Source: Octopus sinensis
Lineage: Eukaryota
Assembly (NCBI RefSeq): GCF_006345805.1
Contig: NC_043017.1
Span: forward strand, 23,188,001-23,252,000
DNA length: 64,000 nucleotides
Reading direction: 5' to 3'
Under the pieces are notes generated by a model, which saw nothing but the letters and a program-made list of their open reading frames with translations, did no database searches and had not been told where the DNA came from. Each line of letters starts with the position of its first letter. Position 1 is the first letter of the stretch. Both the position numbers and the translations under genes were made by a program. Below are positions 1 through 13,248 of this stretch, one piece after another.

Positions 1-68
1 TGATGATGGTGATGATGATGATGATGATGATGATGATGGTGATGATGGTGATGATGATGATGGTGGTG

Positions 69-100
<32 letters not shown>

Positions 101-181
101 GATGATTATGATGATAAATGATGATGATGATGATGATGTTTATGTTGATAAATGATGATGATGATGATGATGACGATGATG

Positions 182-237
<56 letters not shown>

Positions 238-266
238 GATGATTATGATGATAAATGATGATGATG

Positions 267-298
<32 letters not shown>

Positions 299-430
299 GA
301 TTATGTTGATAAATGATGATGATGATGATGATGAAGATGATGACGACGACGACGACGATGGTGGTGATGAGGATAATGATGATGATGATGGTGATGATGA
401 TGATGGTGATGATGATGATGATGATCATTG
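1..430. repeat. (GAT)n trinucleotide microsatellite with GGT/GAC variants and recurring GATAAAT interruptions
   Basis: Directly visible; the poly-Asp/Met/Ile ORFs are its translations. Confidence 0.97.
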
Positions 431-938
431 TGGTGCCGCTATAATGGTATTGATGATGAAAATACTGGTGCTGATGCTGGTTCTGATGCTGGTGCCGGTA
501 ATGATAGAGGCAGCGGTGATGTTGTGGCTGTAATTATGATATTTGACATGCAGTTTCCTAACAGACGACACTGCTGGAGAATCGTTTTACATCAAAGTAA
601 TTATTGATCAAGGAACTCAACCTTTCCTTCCCACTCCTTTTGTCATTAATTACGATGTTAAGTGGCCTTAGTGGTGTTATGTTCATGATGATGTTGTAAT
701 TGGTGGTGGTGGTGGTGATGGTGATGGTGATGGTTGTGGTGACGTTGGTGACGATTTGTCGGTGTGAGTGTACCGGCAGTGATGGTGGTGGTGGTGCCAA
801 CGGTTGTGTTAGTTGAAAGTGGTAGAGGTGCTATTTTGTCAGTGCTAATGTACCAGTGGAGACGATGGCTAATGGGTGCTCTCTGTCGTCAAGAGAGACT
901 GAGAGGTGATACGCGTGTTTATTGTTTATATGCATGGT

Positions 939-983
<45 letters not shown>

Positions 984-987
984 ATAT

Positions 988-1034
<47 letters not shown>

Positions 1035-1124
1035 AATCCTTTAAAAAATCCTTTAAAATGTTTTAACCCAAAGGCCGCGGCCATGCTGGGGCACCACCGC
1101 TGTATATATACTTAAGTGGATAAA

Positions 1125-1615
1125 CACATGCATGCATGCATACATGTATGTATGTATGTATGTATGTGTGTATGTATGTATGTGTGTATGTATGTATGTA
1201 TGTGTGTGTGTATGTGTGTATGTATGTATGTGTGTATGTATGTATGTGTGTATGTATGTATGTATGTATGTATGTATGTATGTGTGTTTGTGTGTATGTA
1301 TGTATGTATGTATGTATGTATGTATGTATGTATGTATGTGTTTATGTATGTATGTATATATGTGTGTATGTATGTATGTATGTATGTGTGTTTGTGTATG
1401 TATGTATTATGTATGTATGTATGTATGTATGTATGTATGTATGTATGTATGTGTTTATGTATGTATGTATATATGTGTATGTATGTATGTATGTATGTAT
1501 GTATGTATGTATGTATGTATGTATGTATGTATGTATGTATGTGTTTATGTATGTATGTATGTATGTATGTATGTATGTATGTATGTATGTATGTATGTAT
1601 GTATGTATGTATGTA

Positions 1616-1646
<31 letters not shown>

Positions 1647-1731
1647 ATGTATGTATGTATGTATGTATGTATGTATGTGTTTATGTATGTATGTATATAT
1701 GTGTGTATGTATGTATGTATGTATGTATGTA
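1125..1731. repeat. (TATG)n tetranucleotide microsatellite
   Basis: About 600 bp of TATG with TGTG/TTTG variants; source of the MYVC/HTYI ORFs. Confidence 0.97.
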
Positions 1732-1874
1732 TTTCGAGTAGTGGATCAGCTAAAATAAAACTACTGCACTCAACTACGGTATTAAGGGTATTGAGTGTTT
1801 TGGGGTGCATGTGTTAATGTGTGTGTGTGCGTCTGCGTGTGTGTGCGTGCGTGTGCGCGCACATACACACACAC

Positions 1875-1911
<37 letters not shown>

Positions 1912-2209
1912 ACACACATGGGAGCATGGAGAAATGGAGAGAACGTTTGTGTGATAGAAAGACAGACAGAAGGGGGAACAAGAGAACAGAAACAGGTCGA
2001 ATAGGGCAAGGAGAGAGGGAGAGAGAGAGAGAGAGAGAGAGTGAGAGAGAGAGTGAGAGAGAGTGAGAGAGAGAGAAAGAGTGAGAGAGAGAGAGGGGGG
2101 AGAGGGAGATGAAACGAGGAACGCGAATGACGGAAACCGCACATAACACACTGAATGACACGTACATACTTCTGAACACATACACACACACACACACACA
2201 CATAAACAT

Positions 2210-2245
<36 letters not shown>

Positions 2246-2429
2246 TAATGCAGACAGACGCATTCGTCTCCCAATTCTCCACCATCCCCCACCACTTTTA
2301 TCGCCGCCACCGCCACCGCCACGACGTTGTTGAGAAAAAAAAGACAAGGAGGAAACAATATCGCTGAGAGAAAGAGTTTTAAGCCTCAGCATATGGACAC
2401 AATTGCTGAAAACTTGTACCCGTTTATAG

Positions 2430-2474
<45 letters not shown>

Positions 2475-3470
2475 GTGTGTGTTTGTGTGGTGTATGTGTA
2501 TGTGTGTGTGTATGTGTGATTGAGCGTATGTGTGTGTGTGTATGTGTGAGTGAGCGTATGTGTGTGTATGTGCGTGTTGTGTTGTGTGTGAGCGTATGTG
2601 TGTGTATGTGCGTGTGAGCGTATGTGTGTGTATGTGCGTGTGAGCGTATGTGTGTGTACGTGCGCGTGAACGTATGTGTGTGTACGTGCGTGTGAGCGTA
2701 TGTGTGTGTATGTGCGTGTGAGCGTATGTGTGTGTATGTGCGTGTGAGCGTATGTGTGTGTACGTGCGCGTGAACGTATGTGTGTGTACGTGCGTGTGAG
2801 CGTATGTGTGTGTATGTGCGTGTGAGCGTATGTGTGTATGTGCGTGTGAGCGTATGTGTGTCTATATGTGTGTGTGTATGTGTGTGTGAGTGTGTGTTGT
2901 GTGTGTGTGCGTATGTGTGTGTATGTGTGTGTGTGTTGTGTGTGTGTGAGTGTGTGTTGTGTGTGTGTGTGAGCGTATGTGTGTGTATGTGCGTGTGAGC
3001 GTATGTGTGTGTGTGAGAGTATGTGTGTGTATGTGCGTGTGAGCGTATGTGTGTGCGTATGTGCGTGTGAGCGTATGCGCGTATGTGTGTGTATGTGTGT
3101 GTGAGCGTATGTGTGTGTATGTGCGTGTGAGCGTATGTGTGTGTATGTGCGTGTGAGCGTATGTGTGTGTGTATGTGCGTGTGAGCGTATGTGTGTGTAT
3201 GTGCGTGTGAGCGTATGTGTGTGTATGTGCGTGTGAGCGTATGTGTGTGTATGTGCGTGTGAGCGTATGTGTGTGTATGTGCGTGTGAGCGTATGTGTGT
3301 ATATGTGCGTGTGAGCGTATGTGTGTGTATGTGCGTGTGCGCGTATGTGTGGGTATGTGCGTGTGAGCGTATGTGTGTGTATGTGCGTGTGAGCGTATGT
3401 GTGTGTATGTGCGTGTGAACGTATGTGTGTGTATGTGCGTGTGAGCGTGTATGTGTGTGTGCGTGCGTGT
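2430..3470. repeat. GT-derived 26-bp minisatellite (GAGCGTATGTGTGTGTATGTGCGTGT)n
   Basis: Unit repeated head-to-tail from about 2520 to 3450, grading into (GT)n at both ends. Confidence 0.9.
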
Positions 3471-3589
3471 TATAAAATATATTTTTTTAAATGCAGCGAG
3501 CCACTCAACTTAGTCGTAAATGAAGTTTATTTTATTTCATTTTATTTATTTATTTTTTTATAATTTGTTCTGTAGGGGACTTCGCAGGT

Positions 3590-4175
3590 CCTCTGAAATC
3601 GATAAAGGTTGATGCCGTTGACCTTCTACTTAAACTGTTGCAAATCAACGGCTGCACGAAAACATTTGCAGGGAGGAGATTTCAGAAGGCGACTTTCTGG
3701 AAAGGTAGTGATTAGTACGGAGCTGCGAGGGTTGATAAAATTTGAGTGGTGAGAAGAGGAGAAACGAGTGAGTCGAGAGTATACGAGTGAAAGTGGGCTG
3801 AGAGAGGGAAAGCGTATAACACTGAAGAAGGTGCTGAGAGAGGGAATTGCGTCTCTCTGGGACAGAGGTCGGATTGCGTTTGTGAATGACTTCAGTTTAA
3901 TCAGTTAGATGACCTTTCTTAGGATGCGGTCTAGGATATCTGAGCGTGTAGCTATAGCACCATCTCAGATGTAGGAGGAGCGCTGTGTTGTTGAAGGTTA
4001 GTAATTATTCTGAGTTATGTATTTTCTTGCTCTGAAGAGCAAAGCATGTCCTTTGAGATACAATATTTGCTACGTTGAGGATGAGTGTTGGCAAGGAGGG
4101 ATCCTTCAGTGATGGTGAAGTCAAACAGTTAAGGTAGTCCTATTGGTTTTAATTTGGTGGTATTCATGTTTAAGT
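3590..4175 (-). mobile_element. Decayed CR1/L2-group LINE, 3' part of ORF2 (post-RT region)
   Basis: Minus-strand fragments LFRARKYIT..., DILDRILRKVI*LIK..., DLQQFK*KVNGINL resemble the CR1-type ORF2 C-terminus; stops and frameshifts; interrupted by the SINE at 4176. Confidence 0.6.
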
Positions 4176-4570
4176 AGGCGGCGAGCTGGCAGAAACGTTA
4201 ACACGCCGGGTGAAATGCGTAGCCGTATTTCGTCTGTCGTTACGTTGTGAGTTCAAATTCCGCCGAGGTTAACTTTGCCTTTCATCCTTTCGGGGTCGAT
4301 AAATTAAGTACCAGTTACGCACTGGGGTCGATAAGTTAAGTACCAGTTACGCACTGGGGTCGATAAGTTAAGTACCAGTTACGCATTGGGGTCGATAAGT
4401 TAAGTACCAGTTACGCACTGGGGTCGATAAGTTAAGTACCAGTTACGCACTGGGGTCGATAAGTTAAGTACCAGTTACGCACTGGGGTCGATGTAATCGA
4501 CTTAATCCGTTTGTCTGTCCTTGTTTGTCCCCCCTATGTTTAGCCCCTTGTGGGTAATAAAGAAATAGGC
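4176..4570 (+). mobile_element. tRNA-derived SINE family A, full length, with internal 6x32-bp tandem expansion
   Basis: Head AGGCGGCGAGCTGGCAGAA, B-box-like GAGTTCAAATTCC, central CCTTTCATCCTTTCGGGGTCGATAAA; 14-bp TSD ATTCATGTTTAAGT at 4162-4175 and 4571-4584; near-identical to copies at 27638, 42331, 59331. Confidence 0.93.
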
Positions 4571-5344
4571 ATTCATGTTTAAGTGGGGTGGATTGAGGGT
4601 CAATAATGTTTACTCGATATGTGCAGAGATTGTTGTGTGTATGAGTGAGACGGAAACAAAACTGGCATGATAATATTGGAGGATATCACTGGAACAAAGC
4701 TTCGAAAATGGATAGGGAGTTTTGAAAGATTGCTTTGGCCCAATGAAAGAACGTCTGCCATGTTTATAGAAGATGTGGGTTCGAGTCGCACAGGTAGCCT
4801 TCGACTTTCTTTTTATCCAAAAGGGACTTTTAACCCAATATTTTTATGCAATTATTTATTGCTTTACTTCGCGTTCCACAGTTAAATATGAATTATATAT
4901 TATATAATAAAACAAAAAAATGCATTTAATGGTATATCTACAAATGTTTCATTGGGGGATTTGTGATGACCCATCATACAGGCAGGCATATATAGACTTG
5001 CTATATAAATAAGATAATGCAATAAGTTACATAGGATCTCCGACACTTCAGGTTATACCATACTTAAAACATGTAAATAATGATATACTGTTTGGAAGAT
5101 TCTGTGCAACGTATTGCGTAGTTCTACAAATCTCTTATTTTTATTTATGTTTATCTGTACGATATTAAGTCACAGTAAAATCTCTTAATGAAACGTTTGT
5201 AGATTATGCCATGCTTAAAATTCAGTTTAACACTAGATAATCTTGGATTTGTGTCATGCGATCGAGCCATCATAAGTGACGTGCTTCACATTGATACATT
5301 GATCTTCTTCAATCTATTCAATAGATCCCCATCAAATCAATAAG

Positions 5345-5704
5345 TATGTATGTATGTATGTATGTATGTATGTATGTATGTAGTATGTATGTATGTATGT
5401 ATGTATGTCTATATGTATGTATGAATATATGTATGTATGCATGTATGTATGTATGCAATATGTATGTATGGCTTTATGTATGTATGTATTGTATGTATGT
5501 ATGTATGTATGTATGTATGTATGTATGCATGTATGTATGTATGTATGTATGTATATACACACACACACACATATGCACTTACATACGTTAATAAACTGAG
5601 CACAAGTTTTCTAATGAGGATGCATTTATTGCCTACATTCCACCTAATTTGTGTCCGTGTGTCTATGTTAGAAACCATAACCGTCGTTGTGCTGGTTGAT
5701 GATA

Positions 5705-5738
<34 letters not shown>

Positions 5739-5742
5739 CGAC

Positions 5743-5783
<41 letters not shown>

Positions 5784-5815
5784 CGAGGATGAGGAGGAGG
5801 AGAATGAAGGTAATG
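5345..5815. repeat. (TATG)n block (5345-5575) and (GAT)n/(GAG)n block (5700-5815)
   Basis: Directly visible. Confidence 0.93.
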
Positions 5816-6375
5816 AGGTGGAGGATGACTACGTCCATGATGATGTTCTCGTTGGCAATTTGTTTCTTTCTTTAGAAACCAATGAAAAGATGTTTACAGT
5901 TTAGTTAGGTATTAAGGAGTTGATTTCATGTGCAGAAAGAAGTGAAACGGAAGAAGAAAGGGGACAAAGGCAAAGGAGGAATAATGAAGAAAGAAAAGAA
6001 AATAGAAAGGGAGAAAAAAAACTTCTTGCAGGATAATGAGAGCGAGTGGGTAGGAGAAATGAACAAGAAATAATAACAAGATTATATGTACATTCTTTCG
6101 AATGACAACAATATGGCTGAGGGGAAATATTTCAGAGTATGAAGAAATGGTTTCCCCGCCCCCAGTCTGTATTGTGTATATTAGCTCAAAATTTCAGTCG
6201 GCTGATCTTATTAGAGTTATCTTACTTGGGTGTTGTTTTTAGATTTTAAACAGACATAGCGGGAGCTTTGTCAACTGATTTCTTGAATATTATCAGTTGA
6301 TCGTAGTTTCTCAACTCGCTATAATTCCATTTGAAACTGTACCGATTACCGATGGAATGACAGTCTGATTTTATA

Positions 6376-7138
6376 CGAGGTGCTTTTAGAAAGTATCTGA
6401 CTTTATGTTTGCCCCTCCAGAACAAATGTATGTATGTATGTATGTATGTATGTATGTATGTATGTATGTATGTATGTATGTATGTATGTATGTATGTATG
6501 TATGTATGTATGCATGCATGCATGTATGTATGTATATATGTATGTATGCATGCATGTATGTATGTATGTCTGTATGTATGTATGTATGTATGTATGTATG
6601 TATGTATGTATGCATGCATGCATGCATGCATGTATGTATGTATATATGTATGTATGCATGCATGTATGTATGTATGTATGTATGCATGCATGTATGTATG
6701 TATGTATGTATGTATGTCTGTATGTATGTATGTATGTATGTATGTATGTCTGTATGTATGTATGTATGCATGCATGTATGTATGTATGTATGTATGTATG
6801 TATGTATGTATGTATGTATGCATGCATGCATGCATGTATGTATGTATATATGTATGTATGCATGCATGTATGTATGTATGTATGTATGTATGTATGTATG
6901 TATGTATGTATGTATGTATGTATGTATGTATGCATGTATGTATGCATGTTATGCATGTATGTATGTATGTTATGTATGTATGTATGTATGTATGTATGTA
7001 TGTATGTATGTGTGTATGTATGTATGTTTGTATGTATGTATGTAGGTATGTATGAATGCATGTATGTATGTATGTATGTATATATGTTTGTATGTATGTA
7101 TGTATGTATGTATATATGTTTGTATGTATGTATGTATG

Positions 7139-7172
<34 letters not shown>

Positions 7173-7295
7173 TGTGTGTATGTATGTATGTATGTATGTA
7201 TGTATGCATGCATGCATGCACGTATGTATGTATATATTTGTGTGTATGTAATCATATAAACATGCATGTATACACATATATGTATATATACGTAC

Positions 7296-7337
<42 letters not shown>

Positions 7338-7465
7338 CATATATAAATATATACACATATATATACAAATATATATGCATGTATATGTATACATATATAT
7401 ATATATATATATGCATATACGTGTATACATACATACATACATACATACATACATACATACATACA

Positions 7466-7497
<32 letters not shown>

Positions 7498-7876
7498 CAG
7501 TGTATGCGTGCGTGCGTGTGTGCGTGTGTGTGTATGTGTGGTATATATATATATATATATTATTTTATGTAATTGGTTTTTCACCCGCTAACAATTTGAA
7601 ACCAGGAATTCACACCAAACGGCCGCCCAACCCGTTGAAACCATTGATAAATTGGACTTCGAGTTGCTGGAACACTCCGCATATAGTTCAAGATCTCTTC
7701 TGATTGTAACCCTTTTGGACTGCTCAAACATCTTTTAAAAGTCGTCGCTTTGCAAGGGACGAAGAAGCTTCGGAAGCAGTGTATAAATGGCTGCGCATCC
7801 AGCCGAGGCAAGCTTGTGGACTGCTGGAAGAAGTGGACTGCTGGAAGGATATAATGTCGGAAAACGATAACCCTCG
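6376..7876 (+). mobile_element. Internally deleted mariner element interrupted by a 1.1-kb microsatellite
   Basis: 7610-7870 translates across frameshifts as HQTAAQPVETIDKLDFELLEHSAYSS..FGLLK..RRFARDEEASEAVYKWLRIQP, matching the mariner DDD transposase C-terminus (HPPYSPDLAPSD region); ends TA|CGAGG and CCTCG|TA with only partial TIR similarity. Confidence 0.65.
6427..7560. repeat. Compound (TATG)n/(CATG)n/(CA)n/(TA)n/(CATA)n microsatellite
   Basis: Directly visible. Confidence 0.96.
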
Positions 7877-8684
7877 TATACACACACACAACCACACACA
7901 CACACACACACATACACGCATACATACACACACAACACATATTCATATACACAACGACACATGGTGCATCATCTTTATGCATTCATCGAGATGTATATAT
8001 AATTAGTTATATGTATGTGGCTATCTAAACTTATAATATAAATATAAATAGCCACGCTAGAACCAGATTAGAAAATCCTAATGAATATTGATAGCATTAT
8101 AGTCTCCTCATTCGAAACCTTCCTAAATTACTTAAAATTTGTCAATAGAAAACTAATAACACCAACACTAAATTCAACCTGAATCTAATATATCTTGAGT
8201 ATCAACCACATTCTCTTGGGAACTCTAAGATACCAGAGAAGCAATCTAATATGCAAAGAATGTCGTGACCTGAAATTGATAAATCTGTTTACATCTTTAC
8301 TTCCACGCCTCACTTCAACCCTAAACAGTTACAAAAATTCCCATATCAAACCAAAATGAATATCTCCACTATACTTTTCTATCAACTGACAACCTACAAA
8401 CAAATATACCACATCTAATTATCATCACATTCCTCCACTTAGCAAAAAAAAAATCTGCCAAAAACTTTAAAAGCCAAAATAAAAAAAAAGTAAACCATTG
8501 TCAACTGAAAGCAAGCAAGCCGAAACTTCGAAGTCACTGTAAACCTCTTCCTTGTCAAAGTTAATGTACTCTACTAAAAAGGATTGAGTAATCCTTTAGT
8601 TTAATGCTAAATTGTTTTTTTTATATAACTTAACATAAACACACACACACACACACACCAAACGCACGCACACACACACGCACG

Positions 8685-8721
<37 letters not shown>

Positions 8722-8722
8722 G

Positions 8723-8781
<59 letters not shown>

Positions 8782-9179
8782 ATGCTGTCTTTTCCTTTTT
8801 TGAGGTTGTGAAAAAAATTTCTCTCAGCCTGTTATTTGGAGTTCCACATAACTGATCATCAGATAGCTGTGAGTTTTTCTTGTAAACAATATGATGATTT
8901 ATAAGTGCTTATAAACGGTGCAGTGATAATTGTTTGCTAACTCATCAAATAAACAGTTAAAGATGATTGGACAAGGAGTTATTACTTATCAGAATAACAG
9001 AAATTTGTTGAATGAAAACGATTGACCATTGACGAAAAAATTTAAACATTAAAAAACGAGTCAAAATCGAATTAAAAATTAAATAGTATAAATCGATTAT
9101 ACATAGAAATAGGCATAATAATAGCAACGAAGAGGAAAATTGTTTTATAAATCAAGTGTTAGAAAAATATGGCATAAAG

Positions 9180-9490
9180 CAGTGCTTCTCAAACTATCTG
9201 CAGTGGCATACCGGTAGTTTCTGCTCTCCACCACCGCCCAATGTACCAGGGACCGGTAATATTTCTTAGTAATATTAATTTATACCAGAAACAATATACA
9301 TAATGAATATGATAAAAGTTAACAATATTTTTTCATCCTACATCCATTTTGTAAACAAATAAATAGAATATTACATAAGCATTTCATAAGCATTTTATGG
9401 GGTCTTTTTTTCTGGAAACTGGCCGCGTTTCGGCAACTGATGGCTCACGGACCGGCACCGGTCCGCGGACGATCACTTTGAGTTGCACTG
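9180..9490. mobile_element. hAT (Buster/Charlie-type) MITE, 311 bp
   Basis: TIRs CAGTGCTTCTCAAACT / revcomp CAGTGCAACTCAAAGT (13/16); exact 8-bp TSD GCATAAAG at 9172-9179 and 9491-9498 with the central TA typical of Buster targets. Confidence 0.92.
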
Positions 9491-10351
9491 GCATAAAGAA
9501 TAAAGAATTGAGACGAGGGCGAATGAGTGTGTCGAAAAACAAGTAAAGAATAAATACACAAGTGTATTTTAGTTATGAAGTCGGGGTTCATAGCAAGAGG
9601 GGGGAAAAAGAGAAAAAACGAAGAGAAAAAGAAAGAGATAAAGAGAGAAAAGACTAGAAAAAGCAGAAAGGAAAAGATGGGAGCTAAGTTAAAGATACTA
9701 AAAGTTACGAATAGCAATTTGTATCAAATATAAACGAACAACAAAACTAGAACTTCAGAGATGTAGAAGTGATTAGAAAACATGCATCAGATAGAGAAAT
9801 TAGAGATTTAAATGTATTATAAAATGGAGGGTGCGGATGCAGCAAAAAGAAAGAAAAGAAAAGAAAAAGAAAAGAAAGAGAAGAAAAGAAACCGAACAGA
9901 GATACAGAAAAATGCAGATCAAATTATATGGTCGAAATCAAATTTCAAAATAAGCAAGTATATGGAAAGAATTATTTGCGGATCTGTGGGGAAACAAAAA
10001 AACCAACAATCGAATTAATTCAAGGTTGAAGTGATAAATTCATTTATTAAAAAGTTATAAAATAGAATAACATAATGTGATAAATATGTGCTTGCATGTG
10101 TGTATGTATATATATCTTTCTATACATACATACAACTTTGGGTACCCTTGGATTTGCGGAATACCAAACATCAATGAACTACCCTTTATCGATGCAGCCT
10201 TCGTTAACTGAATGGATTGTCTTATCTGTTGATTTGTGTCATAATGTCTCATAATGTCTAGACATCATAAATGGCATGCTTCGATCTATTCAATAAATTC
10301 TCATGGAGTCAATACACACGTGCGCGCGCACGCATGTGTGTGCATATGTGT

Positions 10352-10386
<35 letters not shown>

Positions 10387-10543
10387 CGCGCGTGCGTGTG
10401 TGTGTGTTTAAGTGGATTTGGTAGACCGCAACTGAAAGAAGCCCGGTTGTTCATCATTTTTCAATCTACGAAGAAACAGCTAAATTAGCCCTGTTTATAA
10501 AGATACTACATAGGTTACACACACACACACACAAATATAAATA

Positions 10544-10976
10544 TACTCTTACTCTTTTACTCTTTTACTTGTTTTCAGTCATTTGACTGCGGCCATGCTG
10601 GAGCACCGCCTTTAATCGAGCAACTCGACCCCGGGACTTATTCTTTGTAAGCCCAGTACTTATTCTATCGGTCTCTTTTTTGCCGAACCGCTAAGTGACG
10701 GGGACGTAAACACACAAGCATCGGTTGTCAAGCGATGCTAGGGGGACAAATACAGACACACAAACACACATATATATATATATAATATATATATATATAA
10801 TATATATATATATACACATATATACGACAGGCTTCTTTCAGTTTCCGTCTACCAATCCACTCACAAGGCATTGGTCGGCCCGGGGCTATAGCAGAAGACA
10901 CTTGCCCACGCAGTGGGACTGAACCCGGAACCATGTGGTTGGTTAGCAAGCTACTTACCACACAGCCACTCCTGCG

Positions 10977-10979
<3 letters not shown>
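10544..10979 (-). mobile_element. tRNA-derived SINE family B (CORE-like central segment), full length
   Basis: Minus strand begins AGGCGCAGGAGTGGCTGTGTGG (A-box) ... GGTTCAGTCC (B-box); internal (CA)/(TA) microsatellite; GAGTA-type tail; highly similar to 46452-46897. Confidence 0.9.
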
Positions 10980-11029
<50 letters not shown>

Positions 11030-11964
11030 TATACATGTGTGTGTGTGGAGAGAGAGAGAGAAAGAGGTATGTCTGTTTCCATCGCTTGACAACCAGGGCT
11101 AGTTTGTTTACATCGCCTTAAATGGCGATTCGGCAAAAGGGAGCCATAGAATAAGTACCAGACTTTAAAATATTAGTACTGGAGTTGATTTGTTCGACTA
11201 AATTCTTCAAGGTGATGCCACAGCATGGCCGCAGTCCAACAACAGACAACGGAAAAATAAAAGATACAATCACACACACGCACACGGAAGAAAATACGTT
11301 GGCGTTGTGAGCTAGAAATAGCAGAATTATCATTCCGTCACCATGTCAGTAAATAAGATAAGAAGGCTTTAGTTCAGTTTTTTTCCATTAATTTCACTGA
11401 CAAATGATGCAACTTCTACCTTTGCATGTATTAAGAGCAATCGATATTACGCAATGACATTGACAATTTTATATACCTTTCAGTTGAACTTCATAATTCA
11501 GGATATATAAGAGCAATTAGAACGAGGGAAATATACTAGAAAGTTCTTATTGTAGCGCGAGGAAGCAAAGATGAAGTGTGAGGAGAAAACGGTCTTGCAA
11601 CACACCAGTTGACCAACATACAGTCAGCTAGTGAAGGCGATCATCGGTGTCTTTTATTTTCCTGTGATTTTCATACTCTTGTTCTCATTAAATGAGTAGG
11701 CTCACGGCAGCTTTTGATTTAAACACGTTTAATTGGTTAAAATAGAACACTAAATGAAACAATTGAAACTCGTATGCTTGTATGACATGGTTATGTATCA
11801 TGCGTTACCATCGGTTCATAAAATATTTTTGCAAAAAGGGGCGAAATTTATTGTCATTTACTCTCTTTTTAAGCCAGAAATTTCTGCCTCCAGTTGTTAG
11901 GCAACATGACAATATGTGCGTGGTTGGCGAAAGCAATGATTCGCTTACCAATACAAGTAGAGCA

Positions 11965-11976
11965 GCGACTACTACA

Positions 11977-12039
<63 letters not shown>

Positions 12040-12075
12040 TCTTCTACTACTACTACTACCACCACCACCACCACC

Positions 12076-12112
<37 letters not shown>

Positions 12113-12135
12113 TACTACTACTACTACTACTACTA
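11965..12135. repeat. Compound (CTA)n-(CTT)n-(CCA)n-(CTA)n microsatellite
   Basis: Directly visible. Confidence 0.95.
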
Positions 12136-13248
12136 TACACACACATAATTTATATAAATACATATGTATATTGTGTGTGCGCGCGCATATGCATGTGTGT
12201 GCATTTGTATGTGTGTGTGTGGGGGGGGTAGAGTGAAGGAAAATAGGGATTGCAGAAATTCAAGTGAATAATACCTCAGTTATCACTCCTTGCGACGAAC
12301 CTAGCTAGCAGAATGACCATGGAAGAGTATAGTAATCCATATAGATTAGATAGTGTCAGGTGACTATTACAAATTGTAAATCCGAAGTTATTCTCAATTG
12401 ATAGGTTGGTGCATTAATTACAGAGTATAACAGTAATCAGACAAAGAATGAAGATTTATATTCTTCTATAACTTTATTTGCAGACATGTTTGAGAAAAAA
12501 CTTGCGCAACCGTATCCATATTATTCAATCGTTTGTACACACAACTGATCAAGTAAACAATTAATTAATCGATTAATTAATGGAACAGTCATTCCGCAAA
12601 TTTTCCTCATCGGAGCTCAGAAGTTGTTCTGTTAGATTTTTCATTGACTGGTACACTTCACACGGTAAGTTAAAAAAAAAATTGATTTTAAAATTTAGAG
12701 AAAAATATAGAAAACCATTATTACTTTGTTTTACTTATCACATAACAAAATTATGAATAATATGTCTTGCAAGACGCTCGACTTTTATATTATTAAAAAT
12801 CTGTGATGAACTTTGATACTTCTTTCTGATACAGCGATTGAGAACAACTGCTATATCATCTTATAAAAAGGGGACATTGGATAATGTGGTCCAAGTTACA
12901 CTCTGAAAACAAAAAACAAGATGGTCTCGGTTAGAATGCTTTTTATCATATCTCTACCTTAAAACCCAACAACTTACTTTTTTAATGATATTTGCCTTAG
13001 CGTGTTGTTCGAGAAATTAGATGTTGGGCATATCCTACTTACAGGTATTTTTCTTTGCACAAATAGTGTATTTTGAAATGATATTACCCACCGTTTCGTT
13101 CCCTTTTTAAAAAGATAATACGATTATGACTTCTAGGAGATGAAAGTCAAAAAGATAATTTAGCCTCGATAAACAATTCTCTGAAAAATTAAAATGAACG
13201 TATGTTGTAACATATTTTCATTATCTTATGTAGTAAATGGATGATCTG

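Noticed and set aside
1112-1817. Long ORFs of 200-400 aa (MYVC.., HTYI.., poly-D/I/V/T/L) here and at 6.2-7.5, 18.7-19.6, 51.5-52.3 kb and elsewhere
   Set aside because: They are translations of stop-free (TATG)n, (CA)n, (TA)n and trinucleotide microsatellites, open on both strands and in several frames.
4292-4492. CRISPR-like array of 32-bp repeats
   Set aside because: No spacers, no cas genes, eukaryotic context; it is a tandem expansion inside a SINE.
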